Positions 9,274-17,850 of a DNA stretch of 64,000 bases are shown here, one piece after another; within the stretch, counting starts at the first letter, position 1, and each line of letters opens with the position of its first letter. The DNA is from Sedimentisphaerales bacterium (GTDB lineage: Bacteria; Planctomycetota; Phycisphaerae; Sedimentisphaerales; Anaerobacaceae). Location: assembly GCA_963708075.1 (NCBI GenBank), contig OY970194.1:5472001-5536000 (forward strand), in the 5' to 3' direction. The translations under genes and the position numbers were made by a program. The notes under the pieces are model-generated. The model saw nothing but the letters and a program-made list of their open reading frames with translations. It searched no databases and was not told the DNA's origin.

Positions 9274-10421
9274 ACAGTCCAAATGGCCATCCAGATCTCG
9301 GATTGCGGATTTCGGATTGCGGATTTGCGCCGATCGCTGCTCCTGATCATCAATCATCAATCATCAATCATCAATCCCTTGGGTACACTCTGGTCGAGAT
9401 GGTTGTGAGCATGGGAATCATGGCTGTGCTCATGCTGGCAATCGGCTCGGCCATGCTCCTCGCCGCCCGCGCGATGCCCGACGCCCGCACGGTCACAGGG
9501 GCCATCGTCGATGCCGGCGCGGCCCTCGAGCAGTTCATGACCGAGTTGCAGTACGCCGTCAGCGTCGAAAACAGCTCGGCCACGATGATCGAGTTCACGG
9601 TGGCGGACCGTGACGGCAATGACATTCCCGAGGTGATCCGTTACGAGTGGTCGGGCACGGCCGGCGCCTCGTTGACCCGGCGGTACAATGGAGGCGCTGC
9701 GGTCCGGGTCCTTGACGACGTCCGGGAGTTCGCCCTCTCCTACGATTTGGAGGCGATGGACGCCGGGACTCCCCAGAACAACGAGAGTGCGGAGATGGCG
9801 CTAGCCGGCTTCGACGCGCTGCAGCACACGGACGGTCTTCCCATCAAGAGCAGTGAATGGTACGGGCAGTATTTTCTCCCGGCTCTGCCTGCCGACGCCG
9901 TGAGTTGGAAGGTGACACGCATCAGGATCCACGGCCGGACGGACGGATCTTCATCCGGCGAGAGTCGGGTCCAGCTCCGACTGCCGACCGCCGGGAGACT
10001 GCCGAGCGGCACCGTCCTGGAGGAGAAAACGCTGATGGAATCGAGCTTTCTGGCGGGATACTCGGAGCAGGAGTTCAGCTTCCTTACCGTCACGGGGCTT
10101 TCACCGACGCAGGGGCTCTGTATCGTCGTCAAGTGGATCTCCGATCTCATCGCATGCCAGTTGCGCGGTTATCATGAGGGCGCGAGTGCGACGGACAGTT
10201 TCCTGGTCAAAACGACCGACGGCGGTGCGACCTGGTCGGCGCCGGCAGGCTGCGGCCTGAAATACACCGTCTATGGCACCGTGACCACCGTGGGGATGCC
10301 TCCGGTGCAAAACGCGTGTTGTCTCCACCGGATAAGCATCCGCCTGCGCACGGGCACGGACAGCCAGGCGACGGTGCAATGCGGCGTGCGGATGCTCAAC
10401 AACGTGGAGATGGACCCATGA
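9270..10421 (+). CDS. Minor pilin (GspJ/PilW-like) with large extra domain
   Basis: G|YTLVEMVVSMGIMAVLM; ATG overlaps the previous stop (ATGA). Confidence 0.8.
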   Translation: MNSPNGHPDLGLRISDCGFAPIAAPDHQSSIINHQSLGYTLVEMVVSMGIMAVLMLAIGSAMLLAARAMPDARTVTGAIVDAGAALEQFMTELQYAVSVENSSATMIEFTVADRDGNDIPEVIRYEWSGTAGASLTRRYNGGAAVRVLDDVREFALSYDLEAMDAGTPQNNESAEMALAGFDALQHTDGLPIKSSEWYGQYFLPALPADAVSWKVTRIRIHGRTDGSSSGESRVQLRLPTAGRLPSGTVLEEKTLMESSFLAGYSEQEFSFLTVTGLSPTQGLCIVVKWISDLIACQLRGYHEGASATDSFLVKTTDGGATWSAPAGCGLKYTVYGTVTTVGMPPVQNACCLHRISIRLRTGTDSQATVQCGVRMLNNVEMDP

Positions 10422-10999
10422 GCGTCTATAACGCAGCTTATGCAGGGGCAACCCCCTGTGGTTGCCGCCGGCGGGGGATTGGGCAGGCGCAGAGGCCTGC
10501 CCCTGCGGCGCTCCAGGACGGCGGGTTCACTATCGTGGAGGCGGTGATCTCGATGGTCATCGTCGGCGTCATGTTCGTCGCGGCGTTGAATACGGTCGGC
10601 GCTTCACGCCTGACGCAGCACCGAGCGGCGTCGATCAGCCGGGGCCGCCTGTTCACCGCGGGGCTCTTGTCGGAGGTCCGGGAGCAGAGCTACAAAGACT
10701 CCGGCGCCAGTCCGGTCTTCGGCCCCGAAGCGGACGAATCGACGGCTACGAGGGCGGATTTCGACGACGTGGACGACTACAATGGCTGGTCGGGTCCTCC
10801 GACGAACAAGGATGGGACCGCCCTGGCGAACTCCGCCGGCTGGATGCAGAGCGTCACCGTAGAATGGATCGACCCTCTCAGGCCGGACAAGACCGCGTCC
10901 AGTGAAATGAATGCCAAGCGTATCACTGTGACCACGACGTTCAACAGTGTGCCGCAAGTGACGCTGGTGGCGATCAGAACGGCGGAGGCAGCGGAATGA
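10418..10999 (+). CDS. Minor pilin (GspI/PilV/MshD-like)
   Basis: G|FTIVEAVISMVIVGV; FDDVDDYNG; KRITVT; ATGA overlap. Confidence 0.82.
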   Translation: MSVYNAAYAGATPCGCRRRGIGQAQRPAPAALQDGGFTIVEAVISMVIVGVMFVAALNTVGASRLTQHRAASISRGRLFTAGLLSEVREQSYKDSGASPVFGPEADESTATRADFDDVDDYNGWSGPPTNKDGTALANSAGWMQSVTVEWIDPLRPDKTASSEMNAKRITVTTTFNSVPQVTLVAIRTAEAAE

Positions 11000-12306
11000 T
11001 CTCAAATATCAAAAATCAAAATGACCATCGCCGAAAGCGATCCCATATTTTTGATTCTTGCCTTTTGATTTTTGCAGTGTCCCGGCGAGACAGGGGCAGC
11101 ATATACCTGCACGTGCTTGCCAGTTCGCTGCTGATCAGCGTCCTCGGCTTGGGCGCGATGCATGCGGTCCGCATCCAGATGCGCTCGTGCCGGCTGGTGC
11201 GGGACTCCGCGGAGGCAAGGAGCTGCGCGACGTCGGCCATCGAGCTGGGTATGTTGCACATCAGGACCGACAGCGCATGGCGCACCACCTGGCCCAGTGG
11301 GACGTGGATGGAGGACCAGCCGCTCGGCTCAGGCACGTTCACCCTCCAGGGCACCGACCCGGCCGACAACGACCTGGCCGACTCGCCGTATGATGCGGTC
11401 GTCCTCACCGGCATCGGCGCCGGCGGGCAGGCCCGCCATATTGCACAAGTGGTGCTTGCGCCGGTCGTCGAGCCCATTGAGGCGCTGACTTCCTGCCTGC
11501 AGGGGTCGGGTTCCCTCAGGGTCACCGGCGGCAGGAAGATCACTGCCGGCGGCGCCCCGGTCTGCACCAACGACAGGTTGGACAACGACGGCACAATCGA
11601 GGGCAGCGCCGAGGCCCAGAGCCGCGAGCATGCCGGCACGATCACAGGGAGTCTGACCGTGCCTGGCGCTGTCAAGCGCATGCCGGATGCCGATGTGATC
11701 TCCAAGTACGCGGCCAAGGGCACCGTCGTCGCCTATGCGGCCACTTGCGAGAAATTCGTCCTGGGGCCCGGATACAGTTCCTTCGGCACGGCGGACCCGA
11801 ATGGGCTCTACGTCATCAACACCAGCAACGCCAATCTGACGATCCGAAAGTGCCGGATCTACGGCACGCTGGTCGTCCTGGCAGGCAGCGGGACCGTGAC
11901 AGTGGACGATCCTGTGTTGCTTCACAACTTCCGGTCTGACTTTCCCGTGCTGCTGGTGTCCGGCAATGTGATCATCAAAAACACCAGCGCCACCACGCAG
12001 CTCTCGGAAGCGACCCATACGATGAACTTCAACCCGGCCGGCGCGCCATATAACGGCAGCACGGACACGGACAAAGCCGATACCTACCCGAACGAAATCC
12101 GTGGGCTCGTCCATGTTGAGGGCTCTTTGCGGCTGCAACAGACCGCCGCCATCATCGGCGCAGTCATCTGCAATGGCCCGATAGAGTGCGACGGGACGAA
12201 CACGATCACCTATACGCCCAGCCTCTACGCCTGCCCGCCCAAGTGGTACACCTACGTGGACGGCATGAAAGTGTCCCCCGCGAGCTGGAAGCAGGTGGTC
12301 GAGTGA
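10996..12306 (+). CDS. PilX/GspK-like minor pilin with large C-terminal beta domain
   Basis: RG|SIYLHVL...LLISVLGL without Glu5; A...A.SAIELG; last gene of the pilin cluster. Confidence 0.72.
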   Translation: MISNIKNQNDHRRKRSHIFDSCLLIFAVSRRDRGSIYLHVLASSLLISVLGLGAMHAVRIQMRSCRLVRDSAEARSCATSAIELGMLHIRTDSAWRTTWPSGTWMEDQPLGSGTFTLQGTDPADNDLADSPYDAVVLTGIGAGGQARHIAQVVLAPVVEPIEALTSCLQGSGSLRVTGGRKITAGGAPVCTNDRLDNDGTIEGSAEAQSREHAGTITGSLTVPGAVKRMPDADVISKYAAKGTVVAYAATCEKFVLGPGYSSFGTADPNGLYVINTSNANLTIRKCRIYGTLVVLAGSGTVTVDDPVLLHNFRSDFPVLLVSGNVIIKNTSATTQLSEATHTMNFNPAGAPYNGSTDTDKADTYPNEIRGLVHVEGSLRLQQTAAIIGAVICNGPIECDGTNTITYTPSLYACPPKWYTYVDGMKVSPASWKQVVE

Positions 12307-12497
12307 GAAGGCATGTAGATGCTGGCTCGTTCTCCCTGGTCACCGTCCGGCGCCTCTTCGGACGGCACCTGTTCGACTACCGGCAAGTCAAACATTGTAC
12401 ACGGGGCAACGCAGTGAAGGATCTGGCCCGCGGAGCGGAGAAACCTCTCATTCGCCGACCAGATCCTTCGCACACGCTCCTGAGAAACTGACTAGCC

Positions 12498-12576
12498 GGG
12501 TGCCATGCCTACGCTTGCGTAGACATGTCCCACTCGATAGGCAAGGCATGCTTACGCGAGCGTAAGCATGGCACCC
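12498..12576. repeat. Palindromic REP/MITE-like element, family B (GGGTGCCATG...CATGGCACCC)
   Basis: Terminal inverted repeat with internal hairpins; related copies at 17741, 19181 and 58990. Confidence 0.85.
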
Positions 12577-12653
12577 AAACCATCCCATTTCCTCCCGACA
12601 CCAGCCGCGAAGCGACGCAGTGACTCGGGATGACAAACCGTGCCACCTGCCTT

Positions 12654-12710
12654 GTTTGTAGTGTGCCCGTAAGGGCATCAAGAGAAACGCCTCACGGCGT
12701 CACTACGAAC
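12654..12710. repeat. GTAG-type REP doublet, family D (GTTYGTAGTG...CACTACRAAC)
   Basis: Inverted termini and internal hairpins; an inverted copy lies at 39917-39973. Confidence 0.8.
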
Positions 12711-12789
12711 GAAGCCTTCGGCCTTGCCGCTGCCACCCGAAGATACGGAGCTTTCAATCGTAATCGGTATCAGACACCGCACGCGAACG

Positions 12790-15159
12790 TCATCGACCAT
12801 GTCGGACGGGAGGCGCAACGGTGCCGTCGCCCTGGTCCGTGGTCCTCGGGTCCACCGGCTGATACTGCTCCTCGACTTCCGCCGGAATGTCGATCAGCAG
12901 GATCTCTCCGTCGAGCAACAGCAGGATGTCCTGGGCGAAGGCCAGCGCGCCCTGGCGGTTCTGGCCGGCCAATTGGGCGGCGATGTCGAAGAATTCGTCG
13001 GACCCGAACACGACGGTTCTGTGCGGCGTGACAATCGCCTGGATCTCCGCCAGCCGGCTGTCGATCCAGCGCCCGTCCTTGAAGTAGAACGTCAGGTCGT
13101 TCGCCTGCTGGGCGTTGACGATCCGTGTCCGCTCCATCTGCGAGTTCAGGTAGCTGCTGTCCCTGTTGAGCACGTCCTGGGCCCTCTGCATGGCCATGTT
13201 CATGCTCTGGCTCACGGCCCCTGTGCCGTCGCGGGTGGCGGCGCCCGTGTTGTAGAGGCTGTTCGTCGCCTGGCCGAGGAGCTGGGCGGCGTTGCTCAGG
13301 TCGGTGCCTTCGCGGGCGAGGAACGCCGTGTATTCCGTGATGATGCCGAACTCAGTCGAGAGCGTGATGATCGTCTCGGCCAGCTCCTTGATCTTGGCGT
13401 TGTTCGCGGTGACGGTCGGGTCGGCGCCCATCTGCCGGATGATCTCGATCAGCTCCGCGATCTTGCGGCTGGCCCACAGGCGGGGAATGAAGCCGTTGTC
13501 CTTGTCCGGCTTGTCGAACGCGAAGGTATGGGCGAACGTCCGGGGCCGGCCGAGGAAGTTGCCGCTGAATTCGAAGGTCAGAGGCGCCGCCCCGATGTAC
13601 CGGCCCAGCAGGACGAGCCGGTCGCCGTCGAACAGATCGGGCAGCACGGCGGGCAGAACGTCCTGTGTGCGGCCGACGGCTTCGTTGCCATCGGCGCTGA
13701 GCACGCGAAGTGCAGCATCCGCGAAAATCGGGCCGGTGAGGCTCTTGAACACGTTCGTCACAGCTACCTCGACGTTCTCGCCGGGCAGCACGAAGAAGGA
13801 TCGAGCCCGGGATAGTTGCGCCAGCCCGTCCAGCAGCGGCGCGTTCAGATCGACGCCGACGCCGAACGTGAAGACCCGCCGGTCAAACGGATTCGAGGTG
13901 AGCACCAGGTCCCGGATTGCCGTTTCGGCGGTGATCCCCGATGTGGGCAGGCCGTCAGTCAGGAAGAGCACGATCGGCAGCATCCCCGCCGTGGGTGCCT
14001 GGGCCAGCGCCGTCTGCAGGGCGCCATGCAGGTTGGTCATGCCCTGGGCGCTCGTCGCCCGGATGTAGCTGTGGGCCTGCGTCTCGGTGTCGGAGGACTT
14101 GATGACCGGCTGCTTTGCGAAGAGCTGGATGGCGTTGTTGTAAATGACCAGGTTGAAGGCCTCGCCGTTGTCGAGCCCGGAGACGACCTGGACCGCGGCT
14201 TCCTGGGCCTGCTTGATCTTCTCGCCGGCCATGCTGCCGGAGCGGTCGAGCACGAGCGTCAGCTCCCGTTTGATCGCGTTGACGTCTTCGGGGCGTTTGG
14301 CGGGCGTGCCGGCCAGCAGCAGGAAATAGCCGGTGTCGGCTGCGTCTTCATCGGGATACGCCAGCAGCGAGGCGTTGATGCCCTCGCCCTCCGGCAGGTA
14401 GGACAGCAGAAACGGTCCCGGCGTGAATTCCGCGTCGGGGTCGGTGATCGCGGTGACCTGGGTGGGACCGGTCCGGTGGGTGTAGATCAGGTGCGTCGGC
14501 GAATACACCGCCGAGATCGGCTGGCTGCTCTCGATACTCGCCGTGATCTTCCAGGGCACCTCGTACTGCAGGGACTCGGTGCGAGGCAGGCAGTAGTCCA
14601 CGCGATTGCCGTCGGTGCGCAGCACGTGCTCGTAGGTCAGGCGGACCTTCTGCAGGCCCTTCGGCTCGATGGGAAAGACGCTCGTGCCGATCAGGTTGTA
14701 GCCGATGAACTCGGCCAGGGCGGGGTCGCGAATCTTCGAGACCAACTGGTTGTAGATGCGCTTGGCCTCGTCTTTCGGCAGGACCTCGGCGGTGAACTGG
14801 CTGCTGGGGCCGTCGTAGGCAAAACCGCTGACCACCGCCTCATCGGCGATCGGGATGATCAACTTGGCCTCCTGCCGGGTGCTCGTGGTGTTCTGCAGGG
14901 AGATTTCGAGTGTGGTCTGTGCCGTCGCTTCGAGGATGCGGATCGTGGCGTCCACCCGCGTGATCCTGACGGCTCCCTGCTGCTGCGTCGTGTAGGCGTA
15001 CGTCCGGCTGTGCGGAATTACGACGTTGGCCGGCAGCTCGGCCTCCGTCGGATTCTGCTGCGCCTCCGCCGGCCCGGCCAGTCCCGCCAGCAGCGCGACG
15101 ACACAGGCCAGTACCGACACGATCTCCAATGGCTTGCGTGTTCTCCTTTGCGTTCTCAT
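12790..15159 (-). CDS. Secreted VIT + vWA domain protein (inter-alpha-trypsin inhibitor-like)
   Basis: Signal peptide ending AEA; VIT-like AKRIYNQLV...RDPALAE; MIDAS LDRSGSM, FLTDG, RLWA.RKI; GGAG RBS before ATG 15159. Confidence 0.9.
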   Translation of the reverse strand: MRTQRRTRKPLEIVSVLACVVALLAGLAGPAEAQQNPTEAELPANVVIPHSRTYAYTTQQQGAVRITRVDATIRILEATAQTTLEISLQNTTSTRQEAKLIIPIADEAVVSGFAYDGPSSQFTAEVLPKDEAKRIYNQLVSKIRDPALAEFIGYNLIGTSVFPIEPKGLQKVRLTYEHVLRTDGNRVDYCLPRTESLQYEVPWKITASIESSQPISAVYSPTHLIYTHRTGPTQVTAITDPDAEFTPGPFLLSYLPEGEGINASLLAYPDEDAADTGYFLLLAGTPAKRPEDVNAIKRELTLVLDRSGSMAGEKIKQAQEAAVQVVSGLDNGEAFNLVIYNNAIQLFAKQPVIKSSDTETQAHSYIRATSAQGMTNLHGALQTALAQAPTAGMLPIVLFLTDGLPTSGITAETAIRDLVLTSNPFDRRVFTFGVGVDLNAPLLDGLAQLSRARSFFVLPGENVEVAVTNVFKSLTGPIFADAALRVLSADGNEAVGRTQDVLPAVLPDLFDGDRLVLLGRYIGAAPLTFEFSGNFLGRPRTFAHTFAFDKPDKDNGFIPRLWASRKIAELIEIIRQMGADPTVTANNAKIKELAETIITLSTEFGIITEYTAFLAREGTDLSNAAQLLGQATNSLYNTGAATRDGTGAVSQSMNMAMQRAQDVLNRDSSYLNSQMERTRIVNAQQANDLTFYFKDGRWIDSRLAEIQAIVTPHRTVVFGSDEFFDIAAQLAGQNRQGALAFAQDILLLLDGEILLIDIPAEVEEQYQPVDPRTTDQGDGTVAPPVRHGR

Positions 15160-15629
15160 TTCTCCGCCCTTTCCAAATGAATGACCGTATGATGACACCC
15201 GGGTTCACACACCCGCGGCGAAAACATCACGCCGGCAGAATGCCTCTACAGCCGGGTGGCAGCGGCAAGCGCAGCCTGCCGATGGCTTCACCAGGCCTGT
15301 CGGAGCCATAGAGGGACTTTAAGGAAAGAAATGGAAACTCATGCCGAAACCCTTCCAAACGATTCCGCTCCGCCGCCGCACAGCATAGACCGCTTGCGTC
15401 TTTGCTGCCGGGCGACAAGAGCAACCCGTACATCGAAGGGCCGGGCCGGTAGGATATGAAGAAAAACACACTTATGATGGCAAACCCGAATTATGAAAGA
15501 CAAACACCGGCCTGCCTTTCACTCGCACTGCTATTTTACCCCCCTCATACGCCGGACCGCAACTTTTGTTTTGGCCTTTTTGGGCATTCTCGCCTGCATG
15601 TTGCTTGATGGCACGAGAGGGACTTTTCA

Positions 15630-15658
15630 TTGCCGTCCGGGGACTCCGCATATATGAT
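15630..15658 (+). promoter_or_regulatory. Putative sigma70 promoter of the SSS operon
   Basis: TTGCCG-N17-TATGAT. Confidence 0.4.
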
Positions 15659-15718
15659 GGGCTGCCAACCGGTGGTGTGACCGGCGACTGATTGCCAGGG
15701 ACATACGGAGCGTGGCCA

Positions 15719-17239
15719 GTGCTGCACGGAATTGACTATTTCGTTGTCATCGCCTACCTCGTGGGCATCATGGTGCTGGGGCTGTACTTCGCAAGATTCG
15801 TGCGGTCGGCGGACGACTTTTTCCTGTCGGGCAAGACGCTGCCGTTCTGGGCCGTAGGCATGTCCATCGTCGCCACCGACATCAGCGCCATGGATTTCGT
15901 GGGCGTCTCGGGGCAATCCTACCGCTTCGGGGTCGCCGTGGGCAACTTCGACTGGCTGGGCTCGATGCCGGCCATGCTCCTGGCGGCGTTCATCTTCATC
16001 CCGTACTTCTGGAAGGCCGGCCTGTACACGATCCCCGAATACCTGGGCCGCCGGTATAACGACGGCGTCCGTGCCGTGGCGTCTATGACGTGGATCGTCT
16101 TCTTCGCCCTCGATCTGGGTGTGTTGTTCTGGGCGGCGGCGGTCATGTTCGAGCCGCTGATGGGCTGGCCGCCGTGGTTCTCGATCGTTGCGACAGCCCT
16201 TGTCGTCGGCCTCTACACCTTCTTCGGCGGCCTGACCGCTGTGGTGATGACTGACGTCGTGCAGATGATCATCATGTTCGTGGGCGGGGCGACGGTCCTT
16301 GTTGTCGGCCTCTACCATGCCGGCGGCTGGAGCGGCCTGACGGACAAGATCGCCGCCATGGGTGACGCCTATCAGAATCACTTCGAGCTGGTCCAACCCA
16401 TCGACACGCAAACCCCGTTTCCATGGACGGGCATCCTCTTTGGACTGACCCTCGTCATGTCCAATGCGTACATGATCGGCAACCAGGCCATCGTGCAGCG
16501 CTGCCTGGCGACCAAGAGCGTCTGGCACGCCAAAGCGAGCATGCTTACCGGCGCGTTCTTCAAGATGTTCATCCCCATGCTGGTCATGTTCCCGGGACTG
16601 ATCGCAATGGCCATGTACCCCGGGATGGAGGATGGGGACCAGGCGTTTCCTACGTTGGTGAAGAACTTGTTGCCGCCGGGACTGCGCGGGTTGCTGTTCG
16701 CCGGTTTTCTGGCCGGCCTGATGTCCACCATCGACTCGATCCTGAACTCCACGGCGACCCTCTGGACCAAGGACATTTACCAGAGGTGGCTGAAGAAGGA
16801 TGCAAGCGATCGCCACTACATGGCCGTAGGGCAGATAGCCACAGTGCTCCTGCTGATCTTCGGCGTGATCACTTCGCCACTGAGCAAGCAATTCCCGGGC
16901 ATTTACGTTGCCATTCAGACGTTCCTGTCGTTCTTCCAGGGCCCGGCGTTCTCCGTCCTGCTGCTGGGGATGTTCTGGCGCCGTGCCACACAGTGGGGCG
17001 GCCTGGTCGGACTGGTCGGCGGCATATCCACCTCGGCCCTGCTCTATATATTCAAAGGCAGCCTGTTCACGATCCAGGACCCGTTCCTGTACGTCTCATG
17101 GTGGTCCTTCGTGGCAGGCGTGCTGCTCAACGTGGCGGTGAGCCTGGCGACGCGGCCGCACCCGCAGGGGCGACTGGCCGGGCTCGTGTTCGGGTTGCCA
17201 AAGGAACCCAAGGGCAGTTGTGAGGCGGCGGTATGTTGA
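15719..17239 (+). CDS. Sodium:solute symporter (SSS/SLC5, sugar type)
   Basis: DDFFLSGKTLPFWAVGMSIVATDIS, TIPEYLGRRY, GGL.AVV.TDVVQ, NQAIVQRCLA, AGLMSTIDS.LNS. GTG start inferred. Confidence 0.93.
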   Translation: MLHGIDYFVVIAYLVGIMVLGLYFARFVRSADDFFLSGKTLPFWAVGMSIVATDISAMDFVGVSGQSYRFGVAVGNFDWLGSMPAMLLAAFIFIPYFWKAGLYTIPEYLGRRYNDGVRAVASMTWIVFFALDLGVLFWAAAVMFEPLMGWPPWFSIVATALVVGLYTFFGGLTAVVMTDVVQMIIMFVGGATVLVVGLYHAGGWSGLTDKIAAMGDAYQNHFELVQPIDTQTPFPWTGILFGLTLVMSNAYMIGNQAIVQRCLATKSVWHAKASMLTGAFFKMFIPMLVMFPGLIAMAMYPGMEDGDQAFPTLVKNLLPPGLRGLLFAGFLAGLMSTIDSILNSTATLWTKDIYQRWLKKDASDRHYMAVGQIATVLLLIFGVITSPLSKQFPGIYVAIQTFLSFFQGPAFSVLLLGMFWRRATQWGGLVGLVGGISTSALLYIFKGSLFTIQDPFLYVSWWSFVAGVLLNVAVSLATRPHPQGRLAGLVFGLPKEPKGSCEAAVC

Positions 17240-17442
17240 ACTTCGACTGGCTCAAATGGGTGCCGATGCCGGCGGCCAAGGCCGTGTTTCTGGCCCTGTT
17301 CGTATTCTCCGGCCTGCTCGTGCTGACGATCCCGAAGACCTCGATCCTTGAGGGCGTTGAGAGCCCGCGGTGGTGGCACAACCTCAAGCTCTGGGCCCTC
17401 GGCGTGCTGGCCATCATCTTCACGATCTATCTCATCTTCTGA
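17233..17442 (+). CDS. Small two-TM membrane protein
   Basis: 69 aa with two hydrophobic helices, WWHNLKLWA; overlaps the SSS stop; GAGG RBS. Confidence 0.75.
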   Translation: MLNFDWLKWVPMPAAKAVFLALFVFSGLLVLTIPKTSILEGVESPRWWHNLKLWALGVLAIIFTIYLIF

Positions 17443-17454
17443 CAGAGGGCAGCA

Positions 17455-17679
17455 ATGGCAGAGGCTCCAAACCACGATGATCCGCGAGTGCTCCATGACG
17501 TGCAGATCAACAACGCGCTCGGCATCTTCCTGGTCTTCTTCGGCCTGGTGGTCCTTGTGTCGATCTTCTTCACCGACACGGGAATCGGCAAACTCACAAA
17601 TCTTGGGGCCGGAGCCATCATCGGCGGTATCGGCGCCACCATGATGTACAAGGCCCGCCGTCTCAAAGAGCGCCGGTGA
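17455..17679 (+). CDS. Small two-TM membrane protein
   Basis: 74 aa with two hydrophobic helices and a basic tail; GAGGG RBS; host-like codon usage. Confidence 0.75.
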   Translation: MAEAPNHDDPRVLHDVQINNALGIFLVFFGLVVLVSIFFTDTGIGKLTNLGAGAIIGGIGATMMYKARRLKERR

Positions 17680-17740
17680 CGCCGATCAGGGATTCGCGTT
17701 CTTTCCTGATGACTTCTGACAAGCGACGCCACCAATGACC

Positions 17741-17819
17741 GGGTGCCATGCTTACACTTGCGTAAGCATGCTTCGTCCATCGAATCAGACATGTCTACGC
17801 AAGCGTAGACATGGCACCC
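17741..17819. repeat. Family B palindromic repeat
   Basis: GGGTGCCATGCTTAC...GTAGACATGGCACCC. Confidence 0.87.
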
Positions 17820-17850
17820 GACCTTGACGACACCAGCCGCTGATAGTTCG

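Noticed and set aside
9346..9376. Tandem repeats here and at 25754, 31553 and 62275 as possible CRISPR arrays
   Set aside because: Units are 7-9 nt with no unique spacers, and there are no cas genes.
12723..15285. Family C half-repeats flanking the VIT-vWA gene as a composite transposon
   Set aside because: The halves are in the reverse order to an intact element, and this family is common in spacers throughout the window.
15335..15520. Possible c-di-GMP-I riboswitch (GGCAAACCC on plus; GACGCAA..GGTCTA on minus)
   Set aside because: The fragments are on opposite strands, and the GNRA-capped stem and spacing of the aptamer could not be assembled. An Infernal/Rfam search would settle it.
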